From Gemmatimonadota bacterium (GTDB taxonomy: Bacteria; Gemmatimonadota; Gemmatimonadetes; Gemmatimonadales; Gemmatimonadaceae), in NCBI GenBank assembly GCA_040384325.1, contig JAZKJL010000002.1, positions 3,522-67,521 of the forward strand: a DNA stretch of 64,000 nt, read 5' to 3'. Positions within the stretch are counted from its first letter, which is position 1; the number at the start of each line of letters is the position of its first letter. This document shows, piece by piece, positions 29,852 through 39,700 of the stretch. The notes under the pieces were generated by a model that was not told the DNA's origin, did not search any database, and saw only the letters and a program-made list of their open reading frames with translations. A program made the translations under genes and the position numbers.

Positions 29852-31159
29852 TCAGCGTGTCGGCGTTGGAAGCAGCGAGAGAACCAGTTCGGTGGCGCGG
29901 TCGGCGGCACCGAGTCCGAGTTGCACGCGCGACCTGGCGCGCGCGCCGGCTTCGCGCCGGACGTGTGCGTCGGCAGGGTCGAGCCAGTTCTCGAGCGTCG
30001 TCCGAAGTGACATGCTGTCGGTGACGGTGCGCGCCGCGGCATCGCGGAGCAGCAGGTCGGCGTCGCGGCTGTTGGTGTGTTGCGGTCCGAACACCACCGG
30101 CGCGCCGAACGCCGCCGGCTCGAGCACGGAATGGAGGCCGGCGCCGTGAAAGCCACCGCCGACGAAGGCCGCGTCGGCCACGCCGTACAGGTCACCCAGC
30201 ACACCCACGCGGTCCACCAGCACCACGTCCGCCGACGCGTCCGCATCGGCATCGAGCCGGACACACCGCAATCCACCCGCCGCGGCCCACGTCTCCACCG
30301 GCGCCAGATGTGCCGGTGTGGGTTCGTGCGGCGCGATGATCAGTCGCAACGCGCCGGGCCAGCGGGCGGCCAGTGCTTGCCACGCTGGCAGCAGCACCGC
30401 CTCGTCGGCCGGCCAGGTACTGCCGGCCACCAGCGTCACGCGCGGCGTTGCGCGGAACCGGTCCAGCCACGGCGCGCTCTGGTGCACCTGCCGCGCGCGC
30501 TGCCAGACCTGGTCGTATCGCGTGTCACCGGTGACACGGATCACCGCCTCACGCACGCCGATGCCGACCAGGCGCGCGGCATCGGCATCGTCGATCGCAC
30601 CGACCGCCTGCAACGCGGCGTACGCGTCGCGCGTCATCGCGGCGGCGATTCCGCCGCGCCGACCCGACCCCTCCGAGAGTGTGGCGCTGATCATGCCCAG
30701 CTTCACACCGCGTCGCACGGCCTGCTCCACCAACACCGGCCAGACATCGAGCTTGCTGAACACCAGCGCCGACGGCCGCAGGGTGTCCATCGCCATCGCC
30801 ATCGGTGCCGCCGAGTCGAAGGGCAGGTAGTCGGCGAAGTCGGCGCCGGTGCGGGCGGCGAAGGCGGCGGCGCTGGGCGAGAAGTGCGTGTACGCGATCT
30901 GCAGGTCGGATCGCCGGTCACGCAGCCGCGCGATCACCGGCATGGCCTGCAACCCTTCTCCCACGCTCGGTGCGTGGAACCAGGCCAGCGGGCGCTGCAT
31001 GTCGCGCCCTGTCGTCGCGAAGCGACGGTATCGCGCCTCGAGGCCGCGGCGATCGTTGATGGTGCGTGCCAGCTTGCCCTGTCCGGGCACCCCGGTCGCA
31101 ACGGCGGCGCGGGCGAGAAGGCCCGCGCCGCCGTAGAGCGCACGCAGTAGCGGATGCAT
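29852..31159 (-). CDS. waaA: 3-deoxy-D-manno-octulosonic acid (Kdo) transferase
   Basis: WFHAPSVGEGLQAMPVIARL motif and C-terminal VDRVGVLGDLYGVADAAFVGGGF...GLHSVLEPAAFGAPVVFGP, typical of KdtA/WaaA. Confidence 0.85.
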   Translation of the reverse strand: MHPLLRALYGGAGLLARAAVATGVPGQGKLARTINDRRGLEARYRRFATTGRDMQRPLAWFHAPSVGEGLQAMPVIARLRDRRSDLQIAYTHFSPSAAAFAARTGADFADYLPFDSAAPMAMAMDTLRPSALVFSKLDVWPVLVEQAVRRGVKLGMISATLSEGSGRRGGIAAAMTRDAYAALQAVGAIDDADAARLVGIGVREAVIRVTGDTRYDQVWQRARQVHQSAPWLDRFRATPRVTLVAGSTWPADEAVLLPAWQALAARWPGALRLIIAPHEPTPAHLAPVETWAAAGGLRCVRLDADADASADVVLVDRVGVLGDLYGVADAAFVGGGFHGAGLHSVLEPAAFGAPVVFGPQHTNSRDADLLLRDAAARTVTDSMSLRTTLENWLDPADAHVRREAGARARSRVQLGLGAADRATELVLSLLPTPTR

Positions 31160-31185
31160 CGGCGTGCGCGCGACGCGCGTGCCGG

Positions 31186-31902
31186 TCAGCGCCGCTGCGA
31201 CGCGAGGTTGGCGTCGATCACGCGCTTGAAGTCCGGAAAAGGATACGCGCCGCTGATCAGGCTGTCACCGATGATGAACGCCGGCGTGCCGCTGATGCCC
31301 GCGTTCGACGACCGCTCCGCATCGCTGGCGATCAGCGGACGGGTGGCGTGCGACGACATGCAGGCGTCGTAGGCGCTGGCATCGATCCGCAGCGTGCGGG
31401 CGAAGCGTGCGAACATCGTGTCGGGCTTGGTGATGCCGGCCCAGCGCTCCTGTGCGAGGAAGAGCGAGTCGTGCATCGGCCAGAACCGACCCTGCACCGA
31501 CGCACACATCGCCGCCTCGGCTGCCGGCCACGCGTTCTGGTGGCTGCGCAGCGGCAGGTTGACGTAGGCGATCCGCGCCTTGCCGTTGTCCACGTACTGC
31601 GCCTTCACGGCAGGATAGGTCTGGTCGTGAAATGCCTTGCAGTACGGACACTGGAAGTCGCTGACCTCGAGCACGATGACCTTCGCCGCGGAATCGCCGG
31701 CGATGCGTCCCAGGTCGGCCTTCCGCAGCAGCGCGGTGTCGAGCACCACGGGCAGTTCGTCGGGGCCGTACTTCTGCGTGCCCGGCGGCACGGCTGCCGC
31801 GGGCGTGTCGGAACCTGTGGTGACCGGCGCGCTTTCGGCGGTCCTCGCGCAGGCGATCAGGAAGGCTGCGACGAGCGCGCCGACGACGGGACGGACGGTC
31901 AT
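31186..31902 (-). CDS. DsbA-family thiol:disulfide oxidoreductase lipoprotein (CPYC)
   Basis: Lipobox FLIAC. Thioredoxin-fold active site SDFQCPYCKAF, and C-terminal GISGTPAFIIG. Confidence 0.8.
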   Translation of the reverse strand: MTVRPVVGALVAAFLIACARTAESAPVTTGSDTPAAAVPPGTQKYGPDELPVVLDTALLRKADLGRIAGDSAAKVIVLEVSDFQCPYCKAFHDQTYPAVKAQYVDNGKARIAYVNLPLRSHQNAWPAAEAAMCASVQGRFWPMHDSLFLAQERWAGITKPDTMFARFARTLRIDASAYDACMSSHATRPLIASDAERSSNAGISGTPAFIIGDSLISGAYPFPDFKRVIDANLASQRR

Positions 31903-32040
31903 GATGGTGGGGTCGAATGGAAGGCCAAAGTTACACCGCCGGTGGATTGCCGTGCCACGCGTGTCGCCCGTGCAGGAGGCGCATGATGACACTTCCCGGC
32001 GCCGCGGGCGTATTATTCGGCGTCACCTCCAACTCAATCG

Positions 32041-32859
32041 ATGCACTTTCTCTCGGCGCTCGTCGCCGGTGTCCTGGCCTTCGTCCAGGGCGTGACGATT
32101 CCGGCGACCCCGGTGGGGTACGTCAACGACTTTGCAAACATCCTCCCGGCCGAGCGTGTCAGCCTGCTGACGCGCATCGCCGAGGACGTGAAGGCGAAGA
32201 GCGGCGGGGAGATCGCCATCGTGACGATGGCGGACATCGGCGACCGGCAGGGGTCGGAAATCGCGCTGCAGATCGCCCGCCAGTGGAAGGTCGGGCAGAA
32301 CGACGCGATCGGCACCCGGTCACGGAACGCCGGCGTGGTGATCCTGCTGGTGCCGAAGGAATCCAACAGCAGTGGTCGTGGCGCGTGCCGGATCGAGGTC
32401 GGGCAGGGCAGCGAAGGGTTCATCACCGACGGCATGTCGGGCGAGATCTGTCGCGAGGCCACCGAATACTTCCGGCAGCAGGATTACGCGCGCGGCCTGA
32501 CGCTGGTCACGACCCGCGTGGCGCAGCGGTACGCGCAGGAATTCGGCTTCACGCTCGACAGCACGCTGGCGCGCAGCCGGCAGCCGATGAGCGGACAGCG
32601 TGAGGTGCAGCTGAATCCGCTGGTCGTGTTCCTGGTCATCATGGTGCTGATCTGGCTGATGTCGAAAGGCCGTGGCGGACGTGGTGGACGGGGTGGCGGT
32701 GGCGGCGGGTTCGTGCCGGTCATCCTGCCGGGCATCGGTGGCGGCGGCTGGGGCGGTGGCGGTGGCTGGGGTGGCGGCGGCGGTGGAGGAGGCGGCGGCT
32801 TCGGTGGCTTCGGTGGTGGTGGCGGGTTCAGCGGCGGCGGCGGAGGCTCCGAGTGGTGA
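32041..32859 (+). CDS. TPM-domain (YgcG-like) protein with TM segment and Gly-rich tail
   Basis: Signal peptide. VNDFANILPAERVSLLTRIAEDVKAKSGGEIAIVTM...NAGVVILLV...IEVGQGSEGFITD, then TM LVVFLVIMVLIWLM and a poly-Gly C-terminus. Confidence 0.8.
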   Translation: MHFLSALVAGVLAFVQGVTIPATPVGYVNDFANILPAERVSLLTRIAEDVKAKSGGEIAIVTMADIGDRQGSEIALQIARQWKVGQNDAIGTRSRNAGVVILLVPKESNSSGRGACRIEVGQGSEGFITDGMSGEICREATEYFRQQDYARGLTLVTTRVAQRYAQEFGFTLDSTLARSRQPMSGQREVQLNPLVVFLVIMVLIWLMSKGRGGRGGRGGGGGGFVPVILPGIGGGGWGGGGGWGGGGGGGGGGFGGFGGGGGFSGGGGGSEW

Positions 32860-32867
32860 CGACAGCG

Positions 32868-33626
32868 ATGCGCGAAAAGGAAGAAGCGAGCCAGGTGGCG
32901 ATCGCCGAACTGGTGGGCGCGGTGCAGTCGCTCTACGGCGAGGGGCTCAGGACGGTGGTGCGCTTCGGCTCGGCCGTGGCCGGCGAGGTGCTGCACGGGC
33001 ACTCCGACACCAACCTGCTGATCATCGTGGACGAGGTGCCGTTGTCGGCGCTGCTGACCAACGCAGACGCGGTGCAGAAGTGGACCGCGGCAGGCAACCC
33101 GGCACCGCTGCTGCTGACGATGGCCGAGTGGCGTTCGTCGGCCGACATCTTCGCGATGGAGTACGCCGACATCCTGCACCGGCACGAAGTGCTGCTGGGC
33201 ACGGCACCGTTCGAGGGCATCACGGTGCAGCCGGAAGACCTGCGGCTGCACGTGGAGCGCGAGACGATGGGCAAGCTGCTGCAGCTGCGCCGGGCGGTGA
33301 TGGCGGTGGGGGCGGACCGGGCGCTGCAGCTGAAACTGCTGGTCAACGGCCTGTCCACGCTGATGGTGATCTTCCGCGGGGTGGCGCGGGTCGCGGGACA
33401 GAAGCCGTCGCTGGACTACGCGCAGCTCAGTCGCGAGGTGGCGGCCCTGGCGGGTTTCGACGCCGTGCCCTTCGAACGGCTGGTGCAGCATGCGCGGCGC
33501 GAGGTGCAGATTCCGGCGTCCGACGTCACGGCGGTGCTGACCGGTGTACTGGATGCGATGGGACGCCTGGTGGCGTTCCTGGACCGCGTGGGTGGGAGCA
33601 CGCGGGCGGGCGGTGAGGCATCATGA
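32868..33626 (+). CDS. Nucleotidyltransferase-fold-like protein (about 252 aa), function unknown
   Basis: VVRFGSAVAGEVLHGHSDTNLLIIV resembles the GS-X(n)-DxD minimal NTase motif, but reads D-T-N. The rest is helical. An alternative GTG start at 32853 overlaps the TPM gene. Confidence 0.5.
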   Translation: MREKEEASQVAIAELVGAVQSLYGEGLRTVVRFGSAVAGEVLHGHSDTNLLIIVDEVPLSALLTNADAVQKWTAAGNPAPLLLTMAEWRSSADIFAMEYADILHRHEVLLGTAPFEGITVQPEDLRLHVERETMGKLLQLRRAVMAVGADRALQLKLLVNGLSTLMVIFRGVARVAGQKPSLDYAQLSREVAALAGFDAVPFERLVQHARREVQIPASDVTAVLTGVLDAMGRLVAFLDRVGGSTRAGGEAS

Positions 33627-33703
33627 CTGGTGCCGCACGCCGAGGGTCCCCGGTGGGGCAGCATGCCGCGCCGTTCACTTCCGAACTTCGAGAGAGCGAA
33701 ACA

Positions 33704-34378
33704 ATGTTTGAGATGACGATGGCTCGACCCGACACAGTGCGCGGCGCGCGGGCGCGATGGCTGCGCCGCGTGGTACTGCTCCTGCCGTTGGCGCTCGGCG
33801 CCTGCGGCTACAACAGCATTCAGACGCTCGACGAGACCGCCGCCAAGTCGCAGAAGGAGATCGAGGTCCAGCTGCAGCGTCGCGCCGACCTGATCCCGAA
33901 CCTGGTCGCCACGGTGAAGGGATTCGCGGCGCAGGAGTCGAGCATCTTCATCGCCGTCGCGCAGGCACAGCGCGGACTGACGGGTGCGCTGGCGCGCCCG
34001 GGTGGCGCCAACCCGGCGGAGCTGGCGCAGGCCAACGACGCGCTCTCGCGCGCCGTGCTGCCGATGATGACGCTGGTCACCAGCTATCCGCAGTTGAAGA
34101 GCGATGCGCAGTTCCTCAAGCTGCAGGACGAGCTGACGGGGACCGAGAATCGCATCGCGGTGAGCCGCACCGACTACAACAACGCGGTGAACGAGTACAA
34201 CAGCTACATCCGCAAGTTTCCGGCGGTCATGACGGCCAAGGTGATCGGCAGCAAGCCGCGTGAATACTTCGAGGTGACCGACGCCGCCAAGCGCGAGGCG
34301 CCGACGGTGGATTTCAACGCGGCCCCGGCCGTGGCTCCCGCCGCACCGCCAGCGGCACCGGCGCCGGCGAAGCCGTAA
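33704..34378 (+). CDS. lemA: LemA family protein
   Basis: TM/lipobox LALGAC, then CGYNSIQTLDE...QLQRRADLIPNLV...YPQLKSDAQFLKLQDELTGTENRIAVSRTDYNNAVNEYN..FP. An alternative ATG at 33623 (ATGA overlap with the upstream gene) would add 27 aa. Confidence 0.85.
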   Translation: MFEMTMARPDTVRGARARWLRRVVLLLPLALGACGYNSIQTLDETAAKSQKEIEVQLQRRADLIPNLVATVKGFAAQESSIFIAVAQAQRGLTGALARPGGANPAELAQANDALSRAVLPMMTLVTSYPQLKSDAQFLKLQDELTGTENRIAVSRTDYNNAVNEYNSYIRKFPAVMTAKVIGSKPREYFEVTDAAKREAPTVDFNAAPAVAPAAPPAAPAPAKP

Positions 34379-34394
34379 CGGTTCCGATGTGATC

Positions 34395-34436
34395 GAGCGG
34401 CCGGTGCACCATCGTGCACCGGCCGCTCGTGTTTTC
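34395..34436 (+). terminator. Rho-independent terminator after lemA
   Basis: Perfect 15-bp stem GAGCGGCCGGTGCAC-CATC-GTGCACCGGCCGCTC followed by GTGTTTTC. Confidence 0.8.
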
Positions 34437-34457
34437 AGAACAGCGCCATCCCGGTGT

Positions 34458-35165
34458 TCAGCGGGCGGCGATCGCCGAGTCCAGGAGCGCGCGCAAGGCC
34501 GGCAGCGGGATGTCGGCTGGCAGCACACGGGAGCCGAGCACCAGCGCCGGCAGCGAACCGACCTGACGCGCATCGGCGAAGTCGATGTCACCACGGATCT
34601 GCCGCAGCATGCGGTTGCCCTGCGTGCAATTGCGGAACGTGAATGCGTCCATGCCGGGCACGGTGGCGATGGAATCGATCAGTGCCGAGTCCACGGTGGC
34701 GGTGCCCCAGCGCGCCTGCGTGGCGAACAGTTGCCGACTCGCGTCCCAGAACTGTCCCGACGCGCTGGCGCACTGGGCGGCGCTGGCGGCGCGCACCGCC
34801 GCCGGATGGTCACGCAGCGGATAGTGCACCCAGAGCAGTCGCACGGTGCCGGCCTCGGTGTAGTCGCGACGGATGACCGGCAGCGTCGAATCGAACCAGG
34901 TGCGGCAGGCGGTGCACTGGAAGTCGCTCACGACGTAGAGTCGCACCGGCGCCGAGTCCGGCCCGAGGCTGCGTCCCTTGTCGGATGCGCCGAGCATGAT
35001 GTCGGGCGTGAGCGCGGCGCGACCCGGCGGCAGTCGGCGCACGTCATCGGCTGAGACGTCGGCGGCTGCACGGCGCGGCGCCGTGTCGCGGGTGCAGGCG
35101 CCGGCGGCGAGCGAGCCGGCGACGACAACGCCCAGCGTGATGGTGCGGAATCTCGGGTGATGCAT
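34458..35165 (-). CDS. DsbA-family thioredoxin-fold lipoprotein (CTAC active site)
   Basis: Lipobox LAAGAC and SDFQCTACRTWF. Its architecture is parallel to the 31186-31902 paralog. Confidence 0.75.
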   Translation of the reverse strand: MHHPRFRTITLGVVVAGSLAAGACTRDTAPRRAAADVSADDVRRLPPGRAALTPDIMLGASDKGRSLGPDSAPVRLYVVSDFQCTACRTWFDSTLPVIRRDYTEAGTVRLLWVHYPLRDHPAAVRAASAAQCASASGQFWDASRQLFATQARWGTATVDSALIDSIATVPGMDAFTFRNCTQGNRMLRQIRGDIDFADARQVGSLPALVLGSRVLPADIPLPALRALLDSAIAAR

Positions 35166-35261
35166 GCACCAAATTAGCGTGCCCTACCACGGACGGCGCG
35201 GCCGGCATAACCTACGCGCACCGCGCCGCTGTCCGCGTGAGCGGTCACACCGAGGAAGCCG

Positions 35262-36716
35262 ATGCGTCGCGTTGTCCCGATCCGCCTGAGTGTCGCCGCC
35301 ATCGGCCTGGTCGTCGCCGGCTGCGCGCGCGAGCCTGCGCCGGCCGATCCGCAGTTCGTCGCCCAGTGGATGCGTACCTCGCTGGCGGTGGTGCGCAGCG
35401 AGCGCCTCGGCCCGCCGGTGGCGTCGCGCCTGTCGGCGTACGCCGCGCTGGCGTTGTACGAGGGCTACGCGGCCGATGCGCGATCGTCGCTGCGATCGAT
35501 GGCCGGGCAGTTGAACGGGCTGCGCACGCTGCCGACGCCGCCGGTCGATGCAGGACTGGATGGTGCCACGGTGGCAGCGGCGGCCGAGCAGGTGGTGCTG
35601 GACTCGCTCTTGCGCGACGCGACACCGGGCACGCGTCGCACGATCGACTCACTGGCCGCGGCGCAGGTTCGGGCACGCGTCGGCAGCGGTGTGGACTCCA
35701 CCACCAGCGCGACGTCGGTCGCGCATGGGCGCGCCTTGGCGGCATCGATCCTGGCCTGGGCCGCCACCGACAGCTTCTACGCCACGCGTGGCCGGAAGTG
35801 GGCACCGAGCGGTCGGCGTGGCGAGTGGGAGAACACGGCCGACGTCTCGCAGTTCATTCCACAGACGATGTCGGGCCAGTCCGACCTGGTGCAGCTGGCG
35901 AATCCGAACGTGCGCGAGGACGTGGAGCAGGCGACGGCGAAGGGCACGTTCACCAACCGCCCGAAGGCGGACGGCCCGACCACGCTGCCGTCATTCAATC
36001 CGGTGAAACCCACCGAACCATACTGGGGTGTGCTGCGACCGTTCGTGCTGCGCGACGGCGACGAGTGCGCACCGCCACCGCCGCCGGCGTATTCCGAGAC
36101 GGCGGGCAGCGCGTTCCGTGAGATGGGCAGGGCGTTCCACGACAGCGTGAAGGCGCTGACGCCGGAGCAGAAGCAGGTGGCGCTGTTCTGGGCCGACAAC
36201 CCCGTGGCGACCGGCACGCCGGGCTTTCACTGGATCAGCGTGGTGAACCAGATGGTGGCGCGGCGTGCACTGGATGCCGATGCCGCGGTGGAACTGTATG
36301 CACTGACCAGCCTCGCGATCGCCGATGCCTTCATCGGCTGCTGGCGTGAGAAGTACCGCTCGAACGTGGTGCGACCGGTGACATACGTGCGTCGCACGAT
36401 CGATCCGGCGTTCCAGACGCTGATCCCCACACCACCGTTCCCCGAGTACCCGTCGGGGCATTCGGTGCAGAGCGGCGCCGCGGTGCACGTGCTGATCGCA
36501 CTGCTCGGTGACACCATCGCCTACGCCGACTCGACGCAGATGGACATCGGGCAGCCGGCCCGCACCTTCGCCTCGTTCTCCGCGGCCCGCACCGAGGTCG
36601 CGATCTCGCGGGTGTATGCGGGCGTGCACTACATGCCGGCGGTGCTGGACGGCCTGACACAGGGTGAGTGCATCGGCGCGCGCGTCCGATCGCTGGTCAC
36701 GCGACGCGGGCGATGA
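35262..36716 (+). CDS. PAP2-superfamily protein, vanadium-haloperoxidase/acid-phosphatase-like lipoprotein
   Basis: Lipobox VVAGC. PAP2 motifs: FPEYPSGHSVQSGAA and SRVYAGVHYMPAVLDG. Confidence 0.65.
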   Translation: MRRVVPIRLSVAAIGLVVAGCAREPAPADPQFVAQWMRTSLAVVRSERLGPPVASRLSAYAALALYEGYAADARSSLRSMAGQLNGLRTLPTPPVDAGLDGATVAAAAEQVVLDSLLRDATPGTRRTIDSLAAAQVRARVGSGVDSTTSATSVAHGRALAASILAWAATDSFYATRGRKWAPSGRRGEWENTADVSQFIPQTMSGQSDLVQLANPNVREDVEQATAKGTFTNRPKADGPTTLPSFNPVKPTEPYWGVLRPFVLRDGDECAPPPPPAYSETAGSAFREMGRAFHDSVKALTPEQKQVALFWADNPVATGTPGFHWISVVNQMVARRALDADAAVELYALTSLAIADAFIGCWREKYRSNVVRPVTYVRRTIDPAFQTLIPTPPFPEYPSGHSVQSGAAVHVLIALLGDTIAYADSTQMDIGQPARTFASFSAARTEVAISRVYAGVHYMPAVLDGLTQGECIGARVRSLVTRRGR

Positions 36717-39700
36717 TCGGACCGATGCAGCGTGTGCGGCAGCTACGGTGGGCTCTGCGCAATGTGGCCGCGATGGCGCTGCTGTCGTGCGGCGGCCCGA
36801 AGGTGGACACGAGTTGGCATCAGGAGACGGGCCATCGCTGGCGCGCACTGGCGGTGTCGCCGCGCGGAGAGGCTGGCTTCGAGCAGCTCACCGCGTCGTC
36901 CACCGGCCTCACGCATCGCAACAACATCGACGTGGAGCGAGGGCTGGCCAATCGCGGACTGCTCGATGGTGCCGGCGTGGCGCTGGGTGACGTGGATGGT
37001 GACGGGTTGCCGGAGGTGGTGCTGGCCTCGATCGAGAAGCCGGCGGCGCTCTATCACAACGACGGCGATTTCGAGTTCACCGACGTGACCGCCGCCAGCG
37101 GACTCGACTTCACCGGGCTGGCCACCACCAGCGTGGTGCTGGCCGACGTGGATGGTGATCGCGACCTGGACCTGCTGGCCGGTACCTTCGGCGGGCCGGT
37201 GGCGCTGTTCACCAACGACGGGCGTGGTCACTTCAGCAACGTCACGTCCAGCAGCGGACTGACGGGTGGGTACAACGCGACGACGATGACGCTGGCCGAC
37301 GTGGATGGCAACGGGTCGCTGGACCTCTACGTCGCCACCTACAAGACGCGCAACGCACTGGATGCGTACACGCCGCAGCAGCGCGCCTTCGACCAGGTGC
37401 TGAAGAAGGTCGGCGACTCGGTGGTGGTGTCGGCGGAATGGACCAAGGAATACCGCGTCGAGTCGCGGCCCGACCTCGGGGGGTTCATGCGCTCGCAGCG
37501 CGCGGAGCCCGACCTGTTCTTCCTCAACGACGGCAAGGGTCACTTCACCGCGACGCCGATCAGCGGCGACCGGTTCCGCGACGAAGCCGGGCGCCCGCTG
37601 CGCGAGGTGCCCGACTTCTTCACGCTCGCCGCGCGCTACTACGACATGAACGGCGACGGCGCGCCGGATCTATACGTCTGCAACGACCTCGAGGACCCGG
37701 ATCAGTTCTGGCTCAACGACGGCCGCGGCAACTTCCGTCTCGCACCACCGTTCGCACTGCGCGTGACGAGCAACACCTGCATGTCGGTGGACATGGCCGA
37801 CGTGAACCGCGACGGGCAGGTGGACCTGTTCACCACCGACATGCTGGCGCCGACGCTGGCCGCGCAGCAGCGCAGCATCCCGACGCACACGCCGCTGCAG
37901 AAGCCGGTGGGGATGTCGCCGGAGCGCACGCAGTGGATGCGCAACATGCTGCAGGTGAATCGCGGCGACGGCACCTACGCGCAGGTGGCCGACTTCGCCG
38001 GCGTGACGGCCACCGACTGGACGTGGGGGTCGGCGTTCCTCGACGTGGACCTGGACGGCTTCGAGGACCTGCTGACGGTGAATGGACACCGCTACGACGT
38101 GCGCGCGGCCGATCCGTACGATCGCATCCGCAACAGCTTCCCGCGCGTGGCGTGGAACCGTGAGTCGGCGGAATTCCCGGCGCTGCACACGCGCAGCATC
38201 GCGTTCAGGAACGGCGGTGACCTGACGTTCAGCGACGCCAGCCAGCGCTGGGGCTTCGGCGTGGACACCGCGATCTCGCAGGGCATGGCGCTCGCCGACC
38301 TGGATGGGGACGGGGCGCTGGACGTGGTGGTGACGCGGATGGATGCGCCGTCGGTGGTGTACCGCAGCACCACCAGCGCGCCGCGCATCAGCGTGCGCCT
38401 GCGAGGTGCGGGCGCGAACACGCACGGCATCGGGGCGGTGGTGACGGTGCGTTCGGGTGCACGACCGGTGCAGTCGCGCGAGATGACGTCGGGCGGCTAC
38501 TACCTCTCCGGCAGCGACGCGCAGCTGACGTTCGCCGCCGCCGCCGACAGCAGCGCCGAGGTGCAGGTGCGCTGGCGCAGTGGCCGCGTGAGCACGATCC
38601 GCGATGCGCGGGCGAACCGTCTCTACGACATCGACGAGCGCGCCGCCGTCGCCGCACCGTCGATCTCGGGTGACACCGCGACACCGCTGTTCTCCGATGC
38701 CACCGCGCTGCTGCGTGGCGCAACACACGTCGACTCACTCTACGCCGACTTCCGCCGACAGCCGCTGCTGCCGTCACGACTGAGCCAACTCGGGCCCGGC
38801 GTGAGCTGGATCGACGTGGACCAGGATGGCAGCGACGACCTGCTCTTCGGCACCGGCCGCGGTGGACGGCTCTCAGCGCTGCGGAACGTCGGCGGGCGAT
38901 TCACGGCGATGTCCGTCACTGGCGACGCGCAACGCTACGATCTCACCACGGTGTTGCCGGTTCACGATGGTGCCGGCGGACTGCGGCTGCTGGCGGGCCA
39001 GTCGAACTACGAAGCCGACGATGCCGCCACCGCACTCGCGCTGCCGGCGGTGCTCAGCTTCGGCACCGGTGCGCGGATCGGTGCGGCATCAGCACTGGTG
39101 AGCGGGGACAGTGCCAGCGTGGGGCCGATGGCCCTCGGTGACGTGAACGGCGATGGCATCCCCGACCTGTTCGTCGGCGCACGTGCCATCCCCGGTGCAT
39201 GGCCGCTGCCGTCGCGCTCCCGACTGCTGCTCGGCGACGGACGTGGCGCCTTCAGTGACGACACGGTGAATCGTGGCGCGATGTCGGCGCTCGGCCTGGT
39301 GTCGTCGGCGCTCTTCGCCGATCTCGACGACGACGGCCGGCCGGAGCTGGTGGTGACCACCGAGTTCGGGCCGGTGCGAGTGCTGCACAACGATCGCGGC
39401 CGCCTCACCGACGTGACACGTGCGATGGGACTCGGCACGGCGTCGAGCCGCTGGAATGGCATCAGCGCCGGTGACTTCGACGGTGACGGACGGCTGGATC
39501 TCGTCGCCACCAGCTGGGGGCGCAACACGCCGTGGCAGGCATCCACCGATCGACCGTACACGCTGCTGCTGGCGCGACTCGACGAGCAGCGGCTAGCGTT
39601 GTTGTTCGCCCGTGCCGACTCCAGCACGCAGCGCGAGATGCCGCTGGATGGCCTGGCGCGACTCGGTGCCGCGTTGCCGAGCGTCAAGGCGACCTTCGGC

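Noticed and set aside
29836-29857. (GCGTCA)x3 micro-repeat.
   Set aside because: It is only three units and overlaps the waaA stop codon and C-terminal codons. It is most simply a chance repeat in GC-rich sequence.
32680-32850. GGC/GGT-rich repetitive DNA.
   Set aside because: It encodes the poly-Gly C-terminal tail common in TPM/YgcG-family proteins.
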